Source: Xylographa opegraphella
Taxonomy: Eukaryota
DNA: 64,000 nt
Assembly (NCBI GenBank): GCA_022813865.1
Contig: JALDZX010000032.1
Span: 1-64,000, forward strand
Direction: 5' to 3'
A program made the position numbers and the translations under genes. Every line of letters begins with the position of its first letter. Position 1 is the first letter of the stretch. Below, piece after piece: positions 37,868-50,154 of this stretch. The notes under the pieces were generated by a model, which was given only the letters and a program-made list of their open reading frames with translations, made no database searches and was not told the DNA's origin.

Positions 37868-38499
37868 ATGGCGAGGAACCAACCCAACATAATCATGACT
37901 GGGACGCCAGGAGTTGGCAAGACCTCTCATGCGGAGTTGCTGGCCCAAAGTACGGGCTTGAAGCATCTTTCCATCAATCAGATTGTCAAAGACCGCAGCT
38001 GCCACGAGGGATGGGACGCTGCAATGCAGACGTGGATAGTCGACGAAGATAAAGTGCAAACTTCTCTATCATCGATGCATTCCTCTGAGGTCGTCCAACT
38101 AACAAGGGGTTGCATCTCATCTAGTTGTTGGACGTCATTGAAGACGAAGTGAAAACCGGCGGCAACATCATTGACTGGCACGCTTGCGACCTTTTCCCCC
38201 GCAATTGGATTGATTTGGTTGTGGTACTTCGAACGGACTCTACGAACCTATATGATAGACTCAAGGCGAGAGGATATCCCGAGGGTAAGCTACAGGAGAA
38301 CCTGGATTCAGAGATCATGGAGGTGGTGGCGGAAGAGGCTCGAGAGGCCTATGACAAGGGATGCGTTGTGGAGCTGTGGAGCAGAACGGTTGAAGAGATG
38401 GAAGGTAATGTGGAGAGGGTCGAGCAGTGGGTTCAGAACTGGAGGGCGGATAACCAGGTACATCTCGAGAATGGTCCGGAAACTGGAAGGAAAACATGA
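37868..38499 (+). CDS. FAP7: Adenylate kinase 6 / Fap7 (hCINAP); intron ~38054-38124
   Basis: PNIIMTGTPGVGKT P-loop, IIDWHACDLFP, LYDRLKARGY, KLQENLDSEIM. Confidence 0.94.
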
Positions 38500-38673
38500 G
38501 TTCCAGAATAATTAGATCCAGACCAAGCAGGGAAGTTAGGCTGTTCTGGTACACCGGACTGGACTGGCCGTATGGACTCAGCAGCCCATCTACATCGCCG
38601 CCGACCACGCTTCATCAGCGCGAGAGGCCTTTTCCAGCCGCTTGGTCATTCTCGAAGGGTTGTGTTCGTACAC

Positions 38674-39463
38674 TTACCCTTCGAGCCATTTCCGAAGCTT
38701 TTCCAACGCTAAGAAGCGGTGCGAGATTTTGTTCTTTTCAGCCATGTCCATCTCGGCATATGTCTTACCTTCGTACTCGAAGATTGGGTCCCAGCCTGCG
38801 AAAGTCAGTACGAGATCGCTCAGCTGTCTGGCTAGGGAATGAAAGGCGTTCCCGTACCAAAATGAGTCGGACCGCGGGCAGGCACGATCTTACCCTATCG
38901 CAAACGATCAACCTTCCAGACTCTTTCTCATGAACGCGTGGTACTGACATCTGTCCTTCCCTGGAATAACAGGGGGTCGTGGCCGGGGCCCTCACAATAT
39001 GCAAATGTGCACACTGCTTGGGCTGACTTATCCTCGTATGCTACGAGCAAGTTGTTAAGACCCTCATGCCCGAGGGCCTGGAGGAACCACTTTCTAATTA
39101 CGACGTGTGAGTCTCACGCGTAGCCTCCTTCTCTAGAGGGTGCAGTTGCGTTCCTACATGTAAGGCCCGGGCAATTCTTTCAGTGCATTGAAACAGAGGC
39201 AAGTATCTTCGACCAGCACTGGTCCATTGACCTGTCCGGTGATATCAGTCACTTATGTATCATGCCGAGAACTTGCTACCAAATCCACGTACGGCAGCGG
39301 CAGCCCGGCGACATTTGTCCATGGAGATCTCCTCGACTGTGCCTTGAATTTCGACCAAGTCCAGTGATGCACTGTGTAGTTCCACGGTTGCACCCAAAAT
39401 AGCCCTTACCTCGGCGAGCTTGTTGCGATTGCCAGTAATGAAATTGATCGACTTGGGCGGCAT
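38674..39463 (-). CDS. HAM1: Inosine triphosphate pyrophosphatase Ham1; 4 introns
   Basis: [54 protein letters not shown]. The stop TAA overlaps a gtaagt, so a further short exon is not excluded. Confidence 0.93.
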
Positions 39464-40189
39464 GCTGTTGCGACCGGATGTGTTGTTTATGAGCATGAGC
39501 ATGAGCATGGGTATGGGTATGACCTGGACCAGTAGTGACCGGAGACCAGAAACACGGTAGAAGTAGCAACCAAGCCGTCGAGCCACTCAAAAGATTCTAT
39601 TTAATGATGGTGGGGGGGGCGAGTACCTAACTCCACTGCCCCTCGACCGGAGTCCCTGAAGCGTCCCCCCCTGAGCCCCCCCCACCCACATCTTTTGCCC
39701 CGCTAAACATTAACTTTAGCGGAATCGTTCGCCCCGATTCGTTGCAAGGCTGCGGCCAACGTCATCCTCCAAAACCTTCCTTATTCTCCTTCAGCCTCCA
39801 CAAACGGCTCGGCTGCAGTATTACTCACACCTGCCATCGCCTTCGTTTTCTTATCGTGCCTGTCTCTGCATTCACCTGCAGACCCCATTTCTGCGTGTCA
39901 GTCTCTCCACTCCCTCTTCAATATCGCTGCATCTCCTCCGGAGTGGACCTTCGTGTCACACTCACAGCCCGGTTCCGCACACTTGACGGCCCACCTGATC
40001 GCATCACACCCCAACACATCAGCCACCACCGTTCAAGTATATGAGTCCATCATGAAGCGTCCATCTTTCTTTTGATGCTCAACGGTTACCTGCGAAGCTC
40101 TGCCGAAACACCCTCTGTGCAAGCCATCCCGCATAACATTGCCAGTGTTTGAAACTGCAATTTGGGCTCTGTCGCTGTCGCAGCGTTCG

Positions 40190-42311
40190 ATGGCCCAGCA
40201 TGGCTTCGATTCCCCCGCGCCATACAAGTCGCTCAGTGATGCGCCGCCTCAGTACGAGACCACGGAGGTTGGTTCTCCTCAACATTCCAGAAGGACTTCA
40301 AGGATCGGGAGGTCATTCGAGATACTGAACGAGAACTCGCCGCTAATCTCGCCTCAACGACTCCACGATGACGAGAGTCTCTTTCCTAGAGACGGTGTCC
40401 CACTCGATGCGTTGAATTGGTCAGATGGAGGGGCAGAGGAATCCAAAAGCGTCTGGTACCTCTTTGTGCTAGCATTAAGCATAGGAGGGTGAGAGTACTC
40501 TACCTATTCCCCAGCGGTGCATTTGGTGTATGGTCTTGCTACTGAACGCTGACTTGCTACACCCAAGGCTCCAAATTGCATGGTCAGTCGAGTTGTCAAA
40601 CGGATCGGTCAGTTGCTTGCAGTCTACCGTAAAAAACAAAGCACAATGCTGACACCTCAATCTAGCCGTACTTGCTCTCGTTGGGCATGAGCAAGTCTCT
40701 GCTTGCCCTGGTATGGATTGCTGGACCTCTGTCGGGCACCTTGGTGCAGCCTTATGTTGGGATGAAAAGCGACAGTTGCAGACTACCATGGGGAAAGCGA
40801 AAGCCTTTCATGATTGCCGGTGCAGCGGCGACTATAGCTTCTTTAATGGCCCTGGCCTGGACTCGAGAGATTGTACGCGGAGTTCTTGGTATATTCGGCG
40901 CGGACCCGAAATCAGAAGGGGTCAAGCTGACCGCGATATGCTTTGCCATCCTCTTCGTATATATTCTCGATTTTGCCATCAATACCAGTATGATCAGTTC
41001 TAACCTTCTTAATGTTCTCGACTGACAAGCTACGTAGTCCAGGCAGCCATCCGCGCATTTATTGTAGACAATGCACCCACTCATCAACAAGAGGATGCCA
41101 ATGCAATGGCTGGTCGAATCACCGGCTTTGGAAACATATTGGGCTACCTGTCCGGCTACGTCAACCTGCCCAAGATCATGCCCTTCTTTGGAGACACGCA
41201 ATTCAAGGTCCTCTGTGTGATAGCATCCTTGGCACTCGCCTCCACCGTCCTCGTATCCTCTCTTTACATCCGAGAACGCGATCCCCGTCTTGAGGGTCCA
41301 CCGAAAACAGAGAAAGGTGGCATCTTGCCCTTCTTCCAACAAGTGTTCAGCTCTATGAAGCGATTACCTCCTCAAGTTCGGAAAGTCTGCGAAGTACAAT
41401 TCTTCAACTGGATTGGTTGGTTTCCATTTTTATTCTACATCACTACCTATATAGGTCAGCTGGACGTCAACCCCTACTTTGAGGCAAACCCGGATCTTTC
41501 AGAGGACCAGATCGATCAGGCTTGGGAAAATGCCACCCGTATTGGAACCTTCGCGCTTTTGATCTTTGCAATCACATCGTTCACGTCGAACATGCTCTTG
41601 CCTCTGATCATTGTGCCTACATATCGTCCTCCACAGCCACCACCTTCATTGGCACATCATCAGCTCATACGTCCATCGAGTCCACGCACACCCCGGACCC
41701 CTATCACACCTGGAGGAATGTCCACCTCTATGTCAAGCTTCTTCCCTCCGGTTCCCTCGGATGAGTCGCATTCCCGTCTTTCCCGGCTCCTCTCGGCTTG
41801 CCAAATACCGTGGCTCACTCTACGACGCGCCTGGTTACTTTCTCATATCCTGTTTGCTGCCTGCATGTTCTCTACCTTCTTCATCACAACCGCCACGGCG
41901 GCCACGGTCCTGGTTGGCGTCATCGGTCTTGCATGGGCGCTGACTGTTTGGGCCCCATTCGCGTTAATAAGCGCGGAGATTAGTAAGCGCGACGCTGCGC
42001 GGCGTTCACGGAACGCTGGCCGCGGCAACAGTGTGGAGCTTAACACTCTAGCAGACGACGAAAGTGAGGACCAAGCCGGTGTGATTCTCGGCCTCCATAA
42101 CGTCTCGATTGCAGCCCCTCAGATCATCGCCACTCTCGTGAGCAGCGCCATCTTTAAAATGGCCCAGAGGGAGAGAGGCGTAGCAGGGGACGATAGCGTG
42201 GGATGGGTGCTAAGGTTCGGAGGACTGGCGGCGCTGATAGCAGCCTACATGACCAGCCGGGTTGGAGAGGAAGCGAACAGGAAAGAAGCCAGCGGCGAGG
42301 GTGACGTTTGA
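40190..42311 (+). CDS. MFS sucrose / general alpha-glucoside transporter (SUT1/SLC45-like); 3 introns
   Basis: LSIGG-LQIAWSVELSNGS-PYLLSLG, WIAGPLSGTLVQPYVG..SD, DFAINT-VQAAIRAFIVD, FFNWIGWFPFLFY, GLHNVSIAAPQ. Confidence 0.9.
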
Positions 42312-43344
42312 TGGTGAGTGCGTGCTATGTTTCAGCCGCCTCGGACGGTTCGACTCGTTGTAGTGGTGTGTCGTGGGAGGCCCACTGCTTTTGCGCACTG
42401 ATACCCGGCGGTTGGCTGTTTTTCGTCGTTGTCCTAGCAGATTCGATACTTTACTGCCAACATCGTTTTTACCAGGAGTGAGCAGGCTGGTCCTCGTTCA
42501 TTATACTTTGCCTCCGTGGCGGGCACTGTCAAAGGCAGCGGTTTACTGTAAGGTGTACCGGGCAGCCTTACACCATGTGAAGATTTCCCTATCGTGTCTA
42601 CCGTATCTACCTTGCAACCCAAACAATAGTCCACGTTTGCTCGTCGAAAGCGCTTCCTGATGCGGCACCAGTACATCATCTCCTTGTAGTGGCACGTAGT
42701 AGAAGTTACGGGCACCAGTATCCCTCGGGCACCTGGGTAGTAGTCTATGTCTTCTGTTCATTTCGCACCCTAGCAATCACCTTCCTCGTAGTCCACTTCC
42801 GCACTCATCGCCGTACTTGCCCGGTGCTGCTCGACCCCATGACTCACGCGGTCGAATGGCCTCCCTGTTCGGTGTTGGGAGTGGGTGGCTAAAAGGCAAA
42901 GGACAGTCCTGCCCCACCAGCGGGCAATAGTGAACGAAGAGACGTCTGCGCTACAAACGATCATTGCGAGGCGTTTCTATCATAGGATGAACCACGGTAG
43001 ATAAAGAGCACAGCAGGACCTCCATGCACGACGCTTAGCATGTTTGCAATGCCAGACGCATGCATTTGGGGGTATCTTCGAACACTAAAGACGAGCCTCT
43101 CCCGGGGCGAAAGCTTTTATCGGCATGGCTAGTAACTCCATGCCTTTCTCTCGACTTTTAACAATTAAACAGCCATTGTCCGGCCGGCCTGTCTTCCATG
43201 ATTATGTATATAACCTTTGTCATAAGTCTGTACTTCCATCCCGCTATGCTCGCTACGAAACTACGCGTTTTTTTTTCCCAAGAAATATGTGAATGCGCGA
43301 CTGCACCGCCATCACCGTGGAGTGGAAGGCGGGGCTGGATGGTG

Positions 43345-45182
43345 CTATGTGCTGTAGGCGCCGGAAGCGCTCAGAGCGCTGTGACGTTCTTCGATCGTCG
43401 GCCGCGGCGGAGGTGGCGGCGGAGGGATTATTAACCTGCGGCTCGTCGTTAGTTCGATGTCGGAAGAACGAAGTCTTCTGAAAGATCTCACTTCAGGACT
43501 TCAAAGCTGCTGTATTTTTGCAGATAGGAGCGCCCACGTCGATACGCCTTGAGCAGATTCTCGGGCGAACGCGCTCGAAATTTGGCTCCGATGAGGCGGC
43601 AGATGCCAGGGGAAGTCTTGAACATGGGGTCAAGCACCAAGAGATTCATGGAGCCGCTTTTGCGGACTTCGAGACCGACAATGGTGAGCGAATGGCCTGT
43701 GCTCGTTCAGCCTCGTCTTCAAATTGTGGTAAGGCCACAGGGGTCAAGACGCGACATACCTGGATGTTGTAAGTAGATTGGCGGTAGTGATGTTTGATAC
43801 ACTTTGTGGGAAGGGTCTGTAACGCCGACAGAGAAGTACTCGAGTACGGCTTGGAGAACGGATTGGTAAACCGGCACTCCGTCTCCAACTTTGTTGAAGG
43901 CGTTAGCTTCACAGCTATGACGAGATCAGCCACGAAGAATCCAAAGGCCACAAAGGTGGATTGCTTACGCGATATTCAGACTGCACAATAATGCTTGAGC
44001 CTGGAGGCAATTAGTCTAGTTGGTATTGAGAAGTCTTCCGGCATACCTCCGGAGTGCCAATGTACTTCCGAGTCCCTTTAATACCCCCAGTTTCGATCCT
44101 TCCCGAGCTGTTGATGCCTTGGTCCCACGCTCGCTCGATCATATCCTGGAGGAGCAAGATCGAAGGCGTACGACCAGGAAAATGTTCACAGCCAGGAAAA
44201 CCGGTGGCTTGGATGAACGAGACCATCATCTGGATGTTTCGGTAACCACAGAAACCACCTTCCTTTGCCATCTTGACGATGTGCTTGACGCCAGGATGAC
44301 ACAGAAAGACCTTTGATAAGGCGGGATCTTGCTCACACAGCTGTGCGAGGACGGGTACAATTCCCGGGGTCTCATTAGCGACAGTTTCGACACGAACGAT
44401 CCGGCCGTTCGGTGCTAGTTGATTTACAACTGTAGCTCGTGCACCGTTTTCGAGCTGTTTCCTGAGCCAAGCTGGCATTTGGTCCTCAAAGGCATGAGGG
44501 CCTAGCTCCGACTTCTGCAGCATGTCTTAGCACGACATTGACTGCTCTCGCTGTGTCTTTGGCTTACCCCGAGTCTTTTCACAGCCGTGGGTCTTGCCTT
44601 AATAGCACCTGTGGCCCGCGTCTTCCGTGAGGCAGGACCCAAGAACAATTCCTTCCAGTCCTGAAGTCCGTAGTTGTCCCTCGATCTCTTATGAGCACTG
44701 TGTGGCCGGTGCGTCTTGCTTGATACCGGGGTATAAATCTCGCTGGAATCCTGAGGCACATCCAAATGCCTCGACGGTCCGATGCTTGTAGATCTTCGGC
44801 CACCAGGGAACGGCGAAGCTTCCCTGCTCCGGGGACCATTCGGGTCATCAAAGGCTGCGCCCTCGGCACCGTGGAGCTCCATGTGGTTGGACAGCTCGTC
44901 AAGAGTGACAGCCTCACCACACTGGAGGGGACAGTCGACGTAAACCTCTTCCTCCTCGCCGTGGTTCGACGGCGTACGGCTCGGGGCCGCTCTTTCTGAA
45001 TGCAGACTGGCATTCCGGGAAGGAGTGTGGCGCTCATCGCGGACCTCAAAGGGTGATATGCCACCTTCAGGATGGGACAGCTCAAGGTGGTGCATAAGGG
45101 CATACATGTCTTTCTCATGAGTCGATGGCACGCCGAAGCTGCAGAATGGACAGCTTGGTTTGTCAACTCGCACGGTAGCCAT
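43345..45182 (-). CDS. Peptidase C78 (ZUP1/ZUFSP/Mug105-like) with N-terminal zinc fingers; 5 introns
   Basis: CPFC..H..LSH and CPLQC..ELSNHMELH fingers. Catalytic EGGFCGYRNIQM, LQDMIERAWDQG, GTRKYIGTPEAQAL, PIYLQHPGHSLTIVG, LVLDP. The last exon is less certain. Confidence 0.88.
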
Positions 45183-45782
45183 CTTTCATAGTTCTTGTCG
45201 GGTTGATAAATCAGACCTGTGGGTGATGTCTGACAGACAGTCAGCACGATCGGATACAAATTGCAACTATGCTACTGGCAACTGGCAGCAGGGGGAAACG
45301 GCTGACGCGGAGGCTTAGGGAGTGCCAAGTGCGTTATGGTTGGAGTAGCCGGAACATATGGCGGATGGAAGGCGAGGACGATACCAAGGCGCTATAGATG
45401 CGATGCGGCATCACTGTGGCCACCATGACCAAGGCAACATGATCTGGTGCGGTGTTCCGGAACATGGGGGAGGAGGCGACCAGCTCGGAGTCCTTGGATC
45501 ATCGACTCGTCCAGAACTGCATTTTGTTGTACCGCATTCTACGGAATACTCGACCAGAAGACCGCCGCACTTACTTTTGCACGTCATCCGCCGAGCTTCA
45601 CAACAGCGGGCCGGAACACGTGCCACCATTTGACTAAGCTACATCGTCCACATGAACCCTGCCACCAGCAAAGATTCGACCACGCGACCCTGAGGTATGC
45701 TTCAAGCTCGCATTATTCGAACGAGCTTCGTCCCCAAGGTACACCTGTCCCCGTACGAAATCCTGCGTGCCCTGTGACTCCC

Positions 45783-47542
45783 TTACACTTTCAGCGCTCC
45801 CATCTTGTCCGTCATCTCACCCCCTTGTCGCACCTTGGTCTTCGGCCAGCCCGCTTCGCCCTTGGCTTTCTGCGACGTCGAGTCCTTGGGCAGTTCTCGG
45901 CTGTACTCGATGCACTCGGGCGCACCGGGGATGTATTTGCGAAGCACTTCCGGCACTCGGACCCCCTGTTCACGTCGTTAATCCTGCCGCTTCCGTGCTG
46001 CCATGGAGGGCTAAGGGCTTGACTCACCGTCTCGGTCTGGTAGTTCTCTAGTATGCAACACAGTGTCCGGGTCGTTGCGCATAACGTCGAGTTCAAGGCG
46101 TGCACGTACTTCTTGCGCGTGTCCGTGAGACCCTTGGCCCCGTACCGGATGTTCAGAGCACGCGTCTGGTAGTCGGTGCAGTTCGAGCATGACACCAACT
46201 CCTTGTACTCGCCTTGGAATGGGAACCACGCCTCCAAGTCGTACTTCTTCGCCGCAGCGTTGTTGAGTGCTCCGGACACGATGCTTACAACCTGGTACGG
46301 AAGTTCCAGGGACTGGTAGAACTCCTCCGAGTTGGCAATCATCTCATCAAATACATGCCACGAATCCTCCGGTTTGGTGAAGATGAATTGCTCGATCTAG
46401 CCATCCTCTTCATCAGCAAGAGTATGGCGCCCGGGTCAACAAGAAAGGTACCTTTTCGAATTGGTGAACTCGGAATATCCCCCACGCATCCTTACCATGT
46501 GCGCCCGCCTCTTTGCGATAGCAGGTGCTGAAACCCGCGTACCTTTTCTTGGTCAGCGATACCAACCGTGTGGAACAATGAGGTGTGTACTTGATAGGTA
46601 AGTCCTTGTCCTGTAGCCATTCCCCTTCGTGTATCGCAGATAGCGGTTGCTCTGATGTTGCTATCAGATATTTGTCTGTCTGCTTTTCTCCATCCTCCGT
46701 GACCTTGTAAAGCGCCTCGTCGAACTCCTCGAGCTGAGCCGTTTTTGCCATGTAGTCTCGAAGCATGAAATGCGGTGGCTGGTTTGGCTTGTAGCCCTTC
46801 CTCCACAAGAACTCGAGCCCATAGTTTACTAAAGCCAGGTTGAGAAAAAGGCCATAGCCTGTGAGACAATATCCCCGGTGCCCAACTATCTTCACTCCTC
46901 TTTCAGGATCGTAACCATCGATGCGAGTCAGCACTTCGTGATGAGACAGACAGTCGCGTTTCTCGACCGTGACCCCTTCTGGTGCCCAATCACGTATTCG
47001 CGGGTTGTGGTCCTGTCGAGCGCTGCGTGAGGGTCTTACTTCCGAAAAGCGTTCCGGAACATACCTCGTTATTGTCTACTGGGACGGAGTCGTGAACATA
47101 GTTTCCAATCGTGCCGATCTTCCTCTGTAGTATGGAGTCCTTTTCAGCGGCGGAGTCTTCCAGTACCTTCTTCTCCTTTTCTAATCTTGTCTTCTTTTGC
47201 AGCAACTCGTCTGCATCTTCTTTAGCCTAAGACAGGCCGGTCATTATGACGGTTAAGACTAGCAAAGATTGACCACCACTACACCGACCTTCTTCTTTGC
47301 CCCAATCTCCTTTTGTGTTGCATTGATTTGAGTTCCAATTTGTGTAGCGGCGTATCTGGCTATCCGGCCATGAGCATCGAAGAGACCACAGGAAAGGTGC
47401 ACCACATACTTTTCTTCATATCCTCAAATAGTGCCACTACATCATCCACAATTGCTTCCGGCGCATAACGCCGCCGCTGGGTTTCCCGCAACCGCTTCAA
47501 ATCCCCGCCCTTGTCTTCCTGAAAATCAAGAATATCAAGCAT
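45783..47542 (-). CDS. SES1: Cytosolic seryl-tRNA synthetase; multiple introns
   Basis: [77 protein letters not shown]. Confidence 0.96.
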
Positions 47543-47657
47543 GATGCTTTCAATTAAGCGCACGGGTGGACGGCGGACTACTGAGGAACAAAGCAACGTA
47601 GGTGATTGAGACAGAGATATAGCGTGGTGACAGATTGATCGTAGACGAGGATGAAAG

Positions 47658-47664
47658 TGAGTCA
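47658..47664. promoter_or_regulatory. Gcn4/CpcA response element TGACTCA
   Basis: TGAGTCA on the + strand, ~116 bp upstream of the SES1 ATG; aminoacyl-tRNA synthetase genes are established cross-pathway-control targets. Confidence 0.6.
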
Positions 47665-48456
47665 CGCACGTAACAGAGACAGCAAAACGGGATTAATGAT
47701 GCCCCTCGTTCCAGACGCCAAGGATACGCCAAGGTGCAGCTAGGATTTAAGCATAATCGTAGTCCCGGGAAAGACACGATGATAGGCAGGAACGAGCGTG
47801 GGGGTGCAAGTCGAAGCAGGATGGAGGTAGAACATGGAGTCGGCAGACTAAGCACTGTCCTTCACCCCGAGTAAAAGTCCATTCGAAGGCTTCCAAATTG
47901 AAGTGAAGCTTCGTTGAACGGTCTTTCGTCTTGATCGAATAGCATTGGACTTGGTGAGATAAATGGTCACATGACTCCTGAATGTAATTGGGTCTCTCAT
48001 TTAGTTCATTATTGCATCGGAAGAGAAGTTCTGTCATCTAGACTTGTACTCTAATCTACCAGTATACCTAATTGTATAGGGTGCCCGACGAAGCACTTAC
48101 GCTTCGCCAGTGGCACAGCGGTGCTGTCCATTACAAATACTAAGGGACTGTGAATGGCTTTGTGAAGCCTTTCTTACCCGCCTTTAACGTTGCTCGTTTT
48201 GACCCAACTTCCGGAAACGTATCCAATATCATCTAACCCGAAATCCGTCCCTGTATAGTCCCGTGGTCCATAGTTGAGAGAAAGCATGCAGGACAAGAAT
48301 AATGAAGACATCCTCCGCCCAGCGCCAACTGCTTTTCATGTAGGATTGAAACTCGATAATCGAATCGGACCTTTCTTTCAGTGTGTCACCCGTATTAAGT
48401 AATTTTTTTTCAATTTTGGTATGCTCCAAATCTCGGCGCGATGGCTATTTCGCCTC

Positions 48457-49232
48457 TCACATCATGCAGCATTTCCCTCCTCCCGTGGGCTCGCTAGGAT
48501 TCTGTGACTTTTCGATCTGAGCGATCATGATCTCGAAAGCCTTGGATACATTGGTGTTCAGCCGCGCACTGGCTTCGGTAAACCCGCATTGGAACTGCTC
48601 GGCCAGTTTCGCGCCTTGCTCGGTAGGCACCTGGCGTTGTTCGGCTTTCAGATCGCTCTTGTTGCCGACGATGACCAGCGGAACCCATTCGGCGCCCTGT
48701 GAATCGTAATATAAGCGGCCGTGATGCGTCGGACATCACCATGCACCACGTACAAGGTGATTAAGGATCTTGTCCCTGATGATGCTGATCATCTCGAAGG
48801 ATTGCCTCGAAGCGACCGAGTACACCAGCATGTACCCATGAATGCCGATGAAGTGTTTGGAATTGAGGATACTATACTCATCCTGCACGGTTGGCCAAAA
48901 TTTGTCAGTCCAGAGGCTTTGGCACGAGCAGCTGGTGTAGGGGCTGTAGGGTCCGCTTACCTGGCCGGCAGTGTCCACTATTTCCGTCGCGAATTCCTGC
49001 CCCTGATACTTGATCACCCGACTGAACGTATTCTCGATCGTGGGATAGTAGCTCTCCACAAAGTGCCGTTCAACGAATTGAACGGTGAGAGACGATTTGC
49101 CTGGATTGCAAGATTTCAGTGTTGGGGATGATGCAGTGAAACGACGATCCGAAAGCAGGACGGGTGCTGCAGCTTACCGACCGACCGACTGCCGACTACG
49201 GCCATCTTTCGCTGCCTGCTGGGATTCGGCAT
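48457..49232 (-). CDS. RHB1: Rheb small GTPase; 3 introns
   Basis: RKMAVVGSRSVG-KSSLT (Arg at the Ras G12-equivalent position), ESYYPTIENTF, DTAGQDEYS, VGNKSDL, EASA, CAAX box CCMM*. Confidence 0.95.
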
Positions 49233-50154
49233 CCTCGCGAACAAATAGGAGGCAGATTCTCCAAACGCCTTCACCGCTAAGAAGCGCAACGGAGGTCACT
49301 GCTTCTGGAAGAGATGCTCTCAGCTGGGTACTTTTCGTGCTGTGCTCCGTACGCAGGACAACGTCTTAATTACGTAACTCGCGCTGGCGTAGCCGTTCAA
49401 CCCTCTTTTCTGCCCGCAGGTGGACCACGAGAACGTACGCAAGATGTTCAATGCTGGATGGGTAAAGTAGCAGCGCACAAGTGTTGGATGAGGGGCGGGT
49501 GCGGAGTGCGACGCGGATGCAACGCTTCCACACAGATGGGGAGGAACTGTCCTAGAGTGGCACCTTCTGTAGAAACAGGAACACCATTGGAACTACTTTA
49601 TGGAGGTTCATCAATGACCACCGACTCATGACATATAGATCGTCAGGGGCCAACACACGTCTAAACGTAGCGGCTCTCAAGGGATGTCCTTTCCTCGCGT
49701 GAGGAATTCAACCCTCGGCGGCAGTTTTGCCAACCGACAGATTACCTGGATTGCAGGCCGGTGATGCGGTCATCCACTTCACGCTTCATCACGGTCCGCT
49801 GGCGCAAATGAGCGGTGAGAGAGGTACATTGAAGGGTCTCCTCGAATTGCGGCAGAGCAGGTGGAAGAAATGCGCGGACACGGGAGCCACTGCGATGGCG
49901 CCGCTTACAAAACCCATGCATGCCTTTTGCCAGATGCACTGTGTGATCCGGGGACTGCTGAGTAACACTGCATTGCAATTTCTTTGCTTCTGCGAGATCG
50001 CACCGGGAGCAAGTTTTGTTCGGGTTACACTTAAGGCACTAGATGTAAACTATCCGAATAGGAGACACATCCTGCATCTTCCCACAACATCCTTCTATGT
50101 AGAGTTTCCTGAGCAGCTGACAGGTGTGACATTGGCACAACACCATTATGCCAG

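Noticed and set aside
47543..47692. In-frame, AUG-less Arg/Ser-rich extension upstream of SES1 resembling a mitochondrial presequence
   Set aside because: It overlaps the probable promoter (TGACTCA site), and fungi have a separate mitochondrial SerRS (Dia4). There is no evidence for non-AUG initiation.
2956..48960. Apparent insertions in SET2, LYS9, KIN17, MID1, SES1 and Rheb in the ORF track
   Set aside because: These are ordinary stop-free introns of length 3n (e.g. 51, 51, 84, 54 nt) with canonical splice signals, not inteins or novel domains.
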